Shown here one piece after another: positions 38,790 through 46,439 of a stretch of DNA of 61,497 bases. The notes below the pieces were generated by a model. It did not search any database. It saw only the letters and a list, made by a program, of their open reading frames with translations, and was not told the DNA's origin. Where the stretch lies: positions 1 to 61,497 of IMG/VR virus record IMGVR_UViG_3300030104_001836. One strand, given 5' to 3'. Each line of letters starts with the position of its first letter. Position 1 is the first letter of the stretch. Made by a program: the position numbers and the translations under genes. Source of the DNA: a virus (Duplodnaviria; Caudoviricetes).

Positions 38790-39545
38790 TTATTCTTCTC
38801 TTTTAAAGTTAAAGTGTTTCCAGAGTTTTCCAGAGTATTTGTATGAACCGTAATGGATGAGGTTTGAACCAACGTCTGCCCAGATTTTACCTCCAATTTT
38901 TTGCCATCTTCTTGAGAAAGCATAATCTTCTGATAAGTATCTTCCATTTTCATCTTTCATTGTATCAAAAAACAAATATGTATTTTTTGAATCGTATTCT
39001 TTTCCATTAATTATTTGATCTGTTACATAGTATAAATCTGGATATTTTTTTACCATTTTTTCTATGCATGATCTTTTAATCAACATAAATCCTGTTGCCG
39101 CATCTAATACTTCAGCAAAACCTTTTTCTACATTTATGTTATCTTTATCAGCAAAATTTAATACATAAGGATGACATAAATTTTTGTAATCTTTATTTTC
39201 TTTAACAAGTTGTGGTATAAGTTCCCAACTTATCATTTTCATAGGATATGGTGCACAAATTACTTCTTGATCAAAATCTAAATATCTTTTTATAGAACTA
39301 GCTTCAAAACCTATATCTGCATCTATAAACAATAAATGTGTAGCATCTTTGTTATCTAAAAAATTAGCAACAATAGTATTTCTTGCTCTTGTTATTAAAG
39401 ACTCTTGTCCTAAAGTTTGTATTCGTAAAGCTATTTCTTCTTGACGACAAAAATTTTGTAAATCAAGAATACTATGAAAGTAATCTTCACTTAACCAACC
39501 ACCATAACATGGTGTTCCTAAAAATATATTTGCTTTAGCTGACAC
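38790..39545 (-). CDS. GT-A fold glycosyltransferase
   Basis: TPCYGG, ESLITRARN, LFIDAD (DxD), ATGFMLI, LSEDYAF. Confidence 0.8.
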   Translation of the reverse strand: MSAKANIFLGTPCYGGWLSEDYFHSILDLQNFCRQEEIALRIQTLGQESLITRARNTIVANFLDNKDATHLLFIDADIGFEASSIKRYLDFDQEVICAPYPMKMISWELIPQLVKENKDYKNLCHPYVLNFADKDNINVEKGFAEVLDAATGFMLIKRSCIEKMVKKYPDLYYVTDQIINGKEYDSKNTYLFFDTMKDENGRYLSEDYAFSRRWQKIGGKIWADVGSNLIHYGSYKYSGKLWKHFNFKREE

Positions 39546-39903
39546 TTATAGATTCATTACCTAAACTTACAGTTAATGTCAATGATGTAACTAAAGGACT
39601 TGCTGAATCACTTGTAAAAGTTGAAGCAAATGTTTTAGCTGTATGACCTAAAGTTTTTTGTAAAGAATTTAAACTTCCATTTTCTATTTGATCAGAAGGT
39701 TCTAATTTTACTGGTACACGAGCATTTTTTAATGCTTGTGCATCTGCTCCTTTATTTTTTGGGTCTAATTGAGGATGTTTAGTCTCAAATTCAGAAGTGT
39801 GAACAAAAGAACCATTCCATTCCTTACGCATTTCATTATAGGGAAATGCTAAACCACTTCTATCAGATATCGCTTTAGCATATTTACCTTTTGCATAAGA
39901 CAT
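39535..39903 (-). CDS. conserved phage head-module protein
   Basis: YAKGKYAKAISDRSG..FPY..EWNG..KHPQL. Confidence 0.7.
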   Translation of the reverse strand: MSYAKGKYAKAISDRSGLAFPYNEMRKEWNGSFVHTSEFETKHPQLDPKNKGADAQALKNARVPVKLEPSDQIENGSLNSLQKTLGHTAKTFASTFTSDSASPLVTSLTLTVSLGNESISVS

Positions 39904-39905
39904 AA

Positions 39906-40589
39906 TTAAACATAAGATAGTTGTGGCATAATTTTTAAATCGACTTTTTCTCGTTCTTCCGTTATTGCCCTATCAAATTCCTCTTCATATAATAATTTTA
40001 ATTCTTGTCTTCTTTGAGGGTCTATTTGTGGTCTTTTTAAACTCATATAATATGATAACCCACTAATTAAACAAGGATAGAATCTATCTGGTACATCAAC
40101 ATCTTGATATGATGCATCAATATCTTCTAATTTTTTACTTCTTCTATATTTAAAAATATACGCATCATCTGGTGTTGGATATAAATATACAACAGGTGCA
40201 GATCGCAATCTGTCAATAAAATATTGAGATGGTTTACCTTTTGAATTTTTATTAGGTATTTCTAAATAATCTTCTCTACTAATTCTAGTAATATTCATAT
40301 CTATTTCTTCACTAGATGTAGCAGTTTGTAAAACAGCTTCTAAAATATCAACTGTAGCAGAATCTAAAGTGTAACTTGTTGTTCCATTTGCTAAAGTTTG
40401 TTTTACTTCATCTGTTGCCCATAACAAAGTACCTCTATTAATCCAATCTCTAAAAATAAGATTCATTGATCTTCTAGCACTTTGCACTTCTTTACCTATC
40501 TGTGGTTCACCACCAATACGCAATAATGCTTCTTCAATAATTTCATCAACTTGCAATGCAAAAGAAGTTGTTCCAGATGTTGTTGGCAT
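39906..40589 (-). CDS. head-tail adaptor/connector
   Basis: EIIEEAL, ARRSMNL..W.NRG, IPNK..GKPSQY, LYPTPD. Confidence 0.7.
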   Translation of the reverse strand: MPTTSGTTSFALQVDEIIEEALLRIGGEPQIGKEVQSARRSMNLIFRDWINRGTLLWATDEVKQTLANGTTSYTLDSATVDILEAVLQTATSSEEIDMNITRISREDYLEIPNKNSKGKPSQYFIDRLRSAPVVYLYPTPDDAYIFKYRRSKKLEDIDASYQDVDVPDRFYPCLISGLSYYMSLKRPQIDPQRRQELKLLYEEEFDRAITEEREKVDLKIMPQLSYV

Positions 40590-40597
40590 ATTTTATC

Positions 40598-41017
40598 CTA
40601 ATATGTTTTACTTAATTTTAAAATAATTGTGTAGTGGTCTCCATCAGTGTGTCCTGTAGTTGTTAATAATAAATCACCATTAATACCAGAACCAGCATTG
40701 TTTAAAATTCCACCAAACTCTTTTACATCTATATGGCCTTGAGAAGACAATGCTCCATTAGCACCTAGTACCTTACAAACAACATTAGTTGATGCATTCC
40801 ATAATAAATCAACTCTCATTCCAAAAATATCGTAATAAATTTCTTGAATTGCAACTCTAGAACAAGCTGTTCCATCATGACTTGCCTCTAAAGCAGAAAC
40901 GTCTACTTTTGCCACTGCACTCTCTCCACTACCATCAGATATATTAGTAAGTTTTACTAAAATATTTTTAGCACCTACATTATCATTGATGATTTGTGAC
41001 GTTACTGCATCTGCCAT
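40598..41017 (-). CDS. structural protein
   Basis: MADAVTSQ.., GGAGG SD. Confidence 0.7.
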   Translation of the reverse strand: MADAVTSQIINDNVGAKNILVKLTNISDGSGESAVAKVDVSALEASHDGTACSRVAIQEIYYDIFGMRVDLLWNASTNVVCKVLGANGALSSQGHIDVKEFGGILNNAGSGINGDLLLTTTGHTDGDHYTIILKLSKTY

Positions 41018-41110
41018 TTTTTACCTCCTAAAAAAATTTTGTCTATTTCATTTCTTACTATTAAAAGTAAAAAAGCTAATCTTTCACAAATAAGCATAAT
41101 ATTATCCTTT

Positions 41111-41142
41111 AAAAAAAAGGCTAGGGGTTTTATACCCTAGCC
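41111..41142 (-). terminator. Rho-independent terminator
   Basis: GGCTAGGG/CCCTAGCC stem then T8 on the minus strand. Confidence 0.85.
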
Positions 41143-41149
41143 ATTATGA

Positions 41150-42028
41150 TTATTCGTATACGTTTCTACTACAGCAAACATAGTGACAGTTAACTGCTTC
41201 AGCCGCCGCCGCACCTGCTTCAATACCAACGTATGGAATTAAATCAATATCGTTAGTTAAAGCCGCAGATTTAGTAGTACCAGTTGTTACTGCTGTACCA
41301 CCAGTTGAACCAGAAGTAGATGTTACATTATACTGTATACCATTTACAAAAATTGATGCTTTTCTATCTGAATCAATTGTAATTTTTAAATGATAAGGCG
41401 TGTTTGCCGCAACAGTAATAGGTAATTGACTTATGTAGTCAGTACCACCAATACTGTGAACAAAATGCCATTTAGTAAAATCAGTAAATGCTTCTGAGTT
41501 AGTAGCATCAGTTTGAAATTTAAAAAATACTTGGTTAGCATCAGTTGCAACTAATTGATCATTAGTTAGTTTTAATCCTGCCCAAACTTTTTGGTTATCA
41601 ATTGCTGGTAGCATAATTGATGTTTCAAAATGAGTTTCATTTTCTGTTCCCCATTTAGTTCCTGCCCATGCTGTTGCCGCAGTATCTAAGTGAGGTGTTA
41701 AAATTGCTTGGTCTTGATCTGCACCTGCTGTTGTTGCTAAAACTCCACCAGAAGTTGAAGCAAATGTACATAACGCAGTAGTCATGTTAGTTCCAAGTGC
41801 TTCCCAGTTTCTATTTAAAGCACGTTGTACTTCTACTGTTGATACTTGGTCAATGTTTGCATTAAGACCCGGTCTTTGTAAAAACCATTCGTTAAAATAA
41901 ACTCTTCTAGCATCCTGTATAGGAGTACCAAGAGTTCTGTCTGATACTAGACCAGATGTAGTGTTTTTGCTAACTAGCTTCATCCCATTTTCAGATCGAA
42001 TAGGGCCGCTAAAAGTTGTATTAGCCAT
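41150..42028 (-). CDS. capsid decoration/head fibre protein
   Basis: MANTTFSGPIRS N-terminus, lectin-like beta domain, directly after MCP. Confidence 0.6.
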   Translation of the reverse strand: MANTTFSGPIRSENGMKLVSKNTTSGLVSDRTLGTPIQDARRVYFNEWFLQRPGLNANIDQVSTVEVQRALNRNWEALGTNMTTALCTFASTSGGVLATTAGADQDQAILTPHLDTAATAWAGTKWGTENETHFETSIMLPAIDNQKVWAGLKLTNDQLVATDANQVFFKFQTDATNSEAFTDFTKWHFVHSIGGTDYISQLPITVAANTPYHLKITIDSDRKASIFVNGIQYNVTSTSGSTGGTAVTTGTTKSAALTNDIDLIPYVGIEAGAAAAEAVNCHYVCCSRNVYE

Positions 42029-42049
42029 AATAATTCTCCGTAGTTAAAC

Positions 42050-42110
42050 TTATACCATCTCTTCTACGATTGTCTGCTAGGGCAGTTGGTATAATTAATT
42101 AATCCTAGAA
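42050..42110 (-). ncRNA. structured RNA downstream of MCP (Mu-gpT-DE-like candidate)
   Basis: TTATACCA/TGGTATAA stem enclosing the CTGC-CCTA-GCAG hairpin; upstream CTAGG is complementary to that loop. Confidence 0.5.
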
Positions 42111-42119
42111 ATAAGATAA

Positions 42120-42138
42120 GAGGGGGATAAACCCCCTC
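42120..42138 (-). terminator. terminator-like hairpin after MCP
   Basis: GAGGGGG/CCCCCTC stem then a T-rich, imperfect tail. Confidence 0.65.
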
Positions 42139-42152
42139 TCATTTGTACTTTA

Positions 42153-43067
42153 TTACGCTCCCGGTGAACCGAAGATACATCTCCAGTCTGAGAATCCAAA
42201 AGAATATCTTTCAGATGCTTTGAAACGCATATTTCCTGTTTCGAAGTCTGGCTCCATAGAAGTTTTTAAAGGTCTTCTTTGGAACATTTTTAGACCAGAT
42301 TCTCTCAAGTCTGTTAAGATAAAGAATGCATCAGTATCAGTTAGATAGTGGTTAACCACATATCCTTCTGGTAGCATATTCATGCTTTTTAATGCATTAG
42401 TATCATTGTCAGCCGAACCAACTCTTAGGTCACTTTTCAAAATTCTTTGAGCAGTAAACGCTAAGTCTTTTGGTATTACTAACTTACGAGCTTGTACAGC
42501 AACTGGTATGTTTCTATCATCAACGAAACCACCAATAGAAATCATTGCGTTTTCTAGTGAAGTTTCAGATAGATCAGTTGCAGTTGTTGGCTCGTTAGCC
42601 AAGTCTCCAGCTTCAAGTGAAGGGTGATCCGTTGTAATCAACGCTTTTGCATCCCCACCCGGAAAACTTGAACTAAACGCATTATTTAATACGTTAGCTC
42701 CTTTAACTTGTTTAGTATATGCCATAGAACGTGCAAGAGCCGCAGTATATCTCTTTGAAAGTGTATCGTAAAGGTTATCCTCAACTGCTTCTTCAGTAAT
42801 TGCGAATGCCAATGCGATAGTTTCGTGAGTATACCTAGCAGTCCAAAGTTCAGAAGAAGAGTCGTAACCGACTGATGATCCCTCTGCTTTAACTGACGCA
42901 CCTTTAAAACCTGTTAATAAAACTTCTTCTTCAAAAGCTCTGTTAGAAGTTTCAGATGCGAATATCTCTTCGTGTTCTTTTTCCCAACGTGAGTACTCCA
43001 ATCCAAATAAGGCGTGAAGTCCCGGTTCTAGCTCTTTTGCTAGTTGTGATCGTGATATAACAGCCAT
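42153..43067 (-). CDS. major capsid protein (Mu gpT-like, HK97 fold)
   Basis: ISRSQLAKELEPGLHALFGLEY, ERYSFGFSDWR.IFGSPGA; position after scaffold. Confidence 0.9.
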   Translation of the reverse strand: MAVISRSQLAKELEPGLHALFGLEYSRWEKEHEEIFASETSNRAFEEEVLLTGFKGASVKAEGSSVGYDSSSELWTARYTHETIALAFAITEEAVEDNLYDTLSKRYTAALARSMAYTKQVKGANVLNNAFSSSFPGGDAKALITTDHPSLEAGDLANEPTTATDLSETSLENAMISIGGFVDDRNIPVAVQARKLVIPKDLAFTAQRILKSDLRVGSADNDTNALKSMNMLPEGYVVNHYLTDTDAFFILTDLRESGLKMFQRRPLKTSMEPDFETGNMRFKASERYSFGFSDWRCIFGSPGA

Positions 43068-43069
43068 AA

Positions 43070-43657
43070 TTATACTCCCGGTGCGGTTGAAGCACTTCCG
43101 CCAGAGACGTGCTCGTTAAGTTGATGCTCATAGATCACTACTTCAAATTCACCATTTGTTCCTGCTGAATTATCTGGATCGTCAATGAGTCTTAGGATAC
43201 GAAAAGTTGCCGTACCTGTACCTGTTGTTCCACTAATCTCGTGTGCAGATTGTCCAGTTGTTGTACTTCCTGTTCCTGCAACATGATCAGCTAAATTACC
43301 AATGTCGGCAAAATCTGCTGAACCTGCTGATTGGATTCTAAAAGTAATCATTGGGTCGTCATACACATAAGCTGTTACATCAGCACTTGCTAGTGTTGTT
43401 GTACCAGTTGGAAAATATTTTTTGTAAACCACTTCTCCATCTGAAGCTGTATATTTTACACCTGCAAATACACCAAGAACTGGTGTGTCAGTTGCATCCG
43501 CTACATCAATATATCCTGTTCCTAGTAACTTTACTATGTCACCAGTAAATATATTAGATGAAGTACCGCTTGCAATTTTGTATTCGCTAGCTCTAATAAG
43601 ACCGCCACTTAAATGTCGATATGGTCTTGCACCTGCTGGTGCATCTAAATTAGCCAT
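43070..43657 (-). CDS. minor capsid/cement protein
   Basis: IFTGDIV, LGVFAG, VYDDP; immediately before MCP. Confidence 0.65.
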   Translation of the reverse strand: MANLDAPAGARPYRHLSGGLIRASEYKIASGTSSNIFTGDIVKLLGTGYIDVADATDTPVLGVFAGVKYTASDGEVVYKKYFPTGTTTLASADVTAYVYDDPMITFRIQSAGSADFADIGNLADHVAGTGSTTTGQSAHEISGTTGTGTATFRILRLIDDPDNSAGTNGEFEVVIYEHQLNEHVSGGSASTAPGV

Positions 43658-43688
43658 TTGTTATTTCTCCATTGCTATCTGTACACTA

Positions 43689-44156
43689 TTAATTATCAAA
43701 TTTGGGCTTATTCCCAGTTGATACAGAAGTATCTTTGTTTTGTGATATGGGCATGGAAGGATGTTGTTCTCTCATCATATTCTCATCAACAGCACGTTGC
43801 TGTCTTTTTGTTCTATCAGTAGTCCAAGTATTTCTTGCATCTACGAAGTCCTTTGGAATTTTTGCTAAAACCAAATCTCCACTTCCTATCACTCCGGCAA
43901 ACTTACCTCCTTCGTGTACAGGTAATTCTGAATCTGGATGCTCTTCTTTACGCACAAATTCATATCCTTCTCTTCTTCGTCTAGATATGTTTCGTGTATC
44001 ATCCTCTCCAACAGTTTGTACCCTTATCCATCTGTATTTCATATCATCAGAGTGAGGTTTGGGTGCATCCAGATCGTTAGGAGGCGTATAAGTTACTTTG
44101 CGTTCAGTATGTTTACGAGAAACATTAGAACGAGTCGTTTGTGTAGATTTTGTCAT
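43689..44156 (-). CDS. conserved head-module protein
   Basis: YRWIR, RRREGYEFV, GDLVLAKIP. Confidence 0.7.
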   Translation of the reverse strand: MTKSTQTTRSNVSRKHTERKVTYTPPNDLDAPKPHSDDMKYRWIRVQTVGEDDTRNISRRRREGYEFVRKEEHPDSELPVHEGGKFAGVIGSGDLVLAKIPKDFVDARNTWTTDRTKRQQRAVDENMMREQHPSMPISQNKDTSVSTGNKPKFDN

Positions 44157-44157
44157 A

Positions 44158-45138
44158 TTAATTACTCCCTACAAACTTCGCATATTCTTCAGGTGGCACT
44201 CCTAATCTCTGAGCCATTGCGAGTTGGCTTTCAGATAAACGAACTTTATTAGTCGTGTTTTTAGTACCTCGTCTTACACCAGCTACTACTTGTCTAGGTT
44301 TTTCTTCTTCAAATTTATGAGGAAAGGATTCCTTTACCCTGCGATCAACTTCAGCATAATATTCTTCTGAAGATGGGTCGTAACCTTCGTTTTTTAATTG
44401 AGCATCAATGCTGTATGCCGCTCCGGTCATAGCAACATCTTTACCAAACCAAGGGTTCGATTGTGCCCATCTTAGAGCTTTGGGATCAACTTGACTAGAA
44501 CTTGTGTTCGTTGCACTTGTAGTTAATTTTTCCACATCGCTATCAGATGTCGTAACTTTTTTAATAGCCTCACTATTAAGTGATTTCATATCATACTTAA
44601 TATCAGCAATTTTTTCTGTTAAATCTAATAATTTATCAGAGTCACCAGATTCATAAGCCGCTTTATGAGACTCACGAGCTAATTTTAAACCTTCTTCTAA
44701 ATTTTTCTTTTTAGAATCTATAAGGTCTTGTTGAGTCTTTTGATAATCTGGTTTCATTGTTTGAATTTTTGAAACCAATTCTTGATTATAAGAATGTAAT
44801 TTATTACGATCTCTTTCAGCCTCGTTAGCTCTTTTAACAAGTTCGTTTATACGATCTTGATAATTCTTTTTTTTCTTTTTTGGTTTTTTGTCCGAAATAT
44901 CTTCTTCCTCAGTATCTTCTTGTAATTCAACTTCAGATTCTACTTCTTCAGATTCAATTTCTTCTTCCTGTGCGACCTCTTCTTCTTGGTCGGAAGGCTG
45001 TTGATTAGTCTCACTAGGACTTTTTACTTCATTTTCTAACCTAAACGGCTCTAGTTTTTCCTGTTGACCATCATCAACAACCTTCAAAGGTTTAGATTTT
45101 TTATTATCCAAACCAACTTGTTCATGCACTACTTGCAT
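44158..45138 (-). CDS. capsid scaffolding protein
   Basis: Acidic N-terminus, coiled coil, WAQSNPWFG, AQRLGVPPEEYAK. Confidence 0.7.
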   Translation of the reverse strand: MQVVHEQVGLDNKKSKPLKVVDDGQQEKLEPFRLENEVKSPSETNQQPSDQEEEVAQEEEIESEEVESEVELQEDTEEEDISDKKPKKKKKNYQDRINELVKRANEAERDRNKLHSYNQELVSKIQTMKPDYQKTQQDLIDSKKKNLEEGLKLARESHKAAYESGDSDKLLDLTEKIADIKYDMKSLNSEAIKKVTTSDSDVEKLTTSATNTSSSQVDPKALRWAQSNPWFGKDVAMTGAAYSIDAQLKNEGYDPSSEEYYAEVDRRVKESFPHKFEEEKPRQVVAGVRRGTKNTTNKVRLSESQLAMAQRLGVPPEEYAKFVGSN

Positions 45139-45180
45139 AGCGATTTTCTCCTTATTTGCGTTGTTAAAACGAGAAAGTTA

Positions 45181-45540
45181 TTAGGTAACTTTCTTAATAT
45201 TTGGAACTATTCCCAAAATCTCATCATCATTCATTATTCGTAATTCTGCATCACCATATTTAAAACGATGTCCTGCATATTTTCCAAACATGACGTAATC
45301 ATTTATTTTTGCCCAAGGTTTAGACATATCATCTCTGTGATAAGCGTCTTCACCCATTTGAACAATCTTACCTATTGAAGCTACAGAGCGATGATCATCT
45401 ACAGCTTTTCCCGGCAAGTATATTCCTTTACTTGTTTTTTCTGCCACATCCATTACTTTAACTAATATTCTGTGACCTACAGCAACAGGGTGTTCATTAT
45501 CTTTTAATTTTTTTTCTTCAAGAGAAAATTCAGTTATCAT
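45181..45540 (-). CDS. groES: GroES-like co-chaperonin (Cpn10)
   Basis: GHRILV, KTSKGIYLP, FGKYAG, IMNDDEILG. Confidence 0.88.
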   Translation of the reverse strand: MITEFSLEEKKLKDNEHPVAVGHRILVKVMDVAEKTSKGIYLPGKAVDDHRSVASIGKIVQMGEDAYHRDDMSKPWAKINDYVMFGKYAGHRFKYGDAELRIMNDDEILGIVPNIKKVT

Positions 45541-45727
45541 TTATATCCTCCATATTTTTTGACATTTCCGTGAGGATATCTAACACTGTAGTAAAACCGT
45601 TTGCTTTGCCTATGCTTTTATCGTAATCTTCTTTTGATACTCTTCCATCAACAAGAGCAGTAGCAATTAAATCTTTTTCTTTTTCTATTTTTTTACGAAG
45701 GTGATAAATAAATTTTGGTGTATCCAC
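45530..45727 (-). CDS. small helical protein
   Basis: 65-aa coupled ORF. Confidence 0.65.
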   Translation of the reverse strand: MDTPKFIYHLRKKIEKEKDLIATALVDGRVSKEDYDKSIGKANGFTTVLDILTEMSKNMEDINDN

Positions 45728-45978
45728 TAAAATATACCTTTAAACTTTGTTCCTCTAACTTTAATACCAGTTCTAGTTTTTTTCTTTGTAGTATTAGATT
45801 TTTTTTTTCTAATCATACCACCTTTTGATTTTCCATAAATTTCTACAAGTTTTTTTTTTAAATCTACTATTCTATCTGCATAATAAGATTTTTTAAATGA
45901 GTTATCTGTGCCACCCATTAAATCTTCAATCATTTCTATTTGATCTAATATTTTTAAATCTTTATCTCCTTTAATCAC
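45727..45978 (-). CDS. basic protein with GG motif
   Basis: KSKGGMI; ends GTKFKGIF. Confidence 0.65.
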   Translation of the reverse strand: MIKGDKDLKILDQIEMIEDLMGGTDNSFKKSYYADRIVDLKKKLVEIYGKSKGGMIRKKKSNTTKKKTRTGIKVRGTKFKGIF

Positions 45979-46439
45979 TAATATACGCCTTTAAATTTTA
46001 CCTTTTGTTTTTGTATATCGTATTGACCTCTATAATTATTTTTTGATTTATTTTTTTTAACCATACCACCAGCGTTATATTTTGTAGCTAGTGATGGATC
46101 AATTTTTTCTTGTACTGGTTCTGGTAGTTTAGAAAAACCTTTATATTTTGATGGAACTGGCCCACCATTAGACATTTTAACTATACCACCCATTGCATAA
46201 TTACCTTTACCACCTTTTCCGGGTATAATTGTTTTTCTAGGTTTTTTAGGTTTTTCTTTAAGTTCAATAGGATTTTCTTGATCAAATTCTATTGCGTAAG
46301 TTCTACTTACACTATCTGCTATTTCTTGATTAGTTGTTGCTTTAAGAGCTTTTTTAATTTGTTCATTACGTTCTTTACTTATAGCATCTATGTCTACTGT
46401 TCCAGTTTCTTTGTTAATAAATTTACTATTATTTCCCAT
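45978..46439 (-). CDS. basic protein with repeated GG motifs
   Basis: AMGGIV, SNGGPV, NAGGMV; ends KVKFKGVY. Confidence 0.7.
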   Translation of the reverse strand: MGNNSKFINKETGTVDIDAISKERNEQIKKALKATTNQEIADSVSRTYAIEFDQENPIELKEKPKKPRKTIIPGKGGKGNYAMGGIVKMSNGGPVPSKYKGFSKLPEPVQEKIDPSLATKYNAGGMVKKNKSKNNYRGQYDIQKQKVKFKGVY

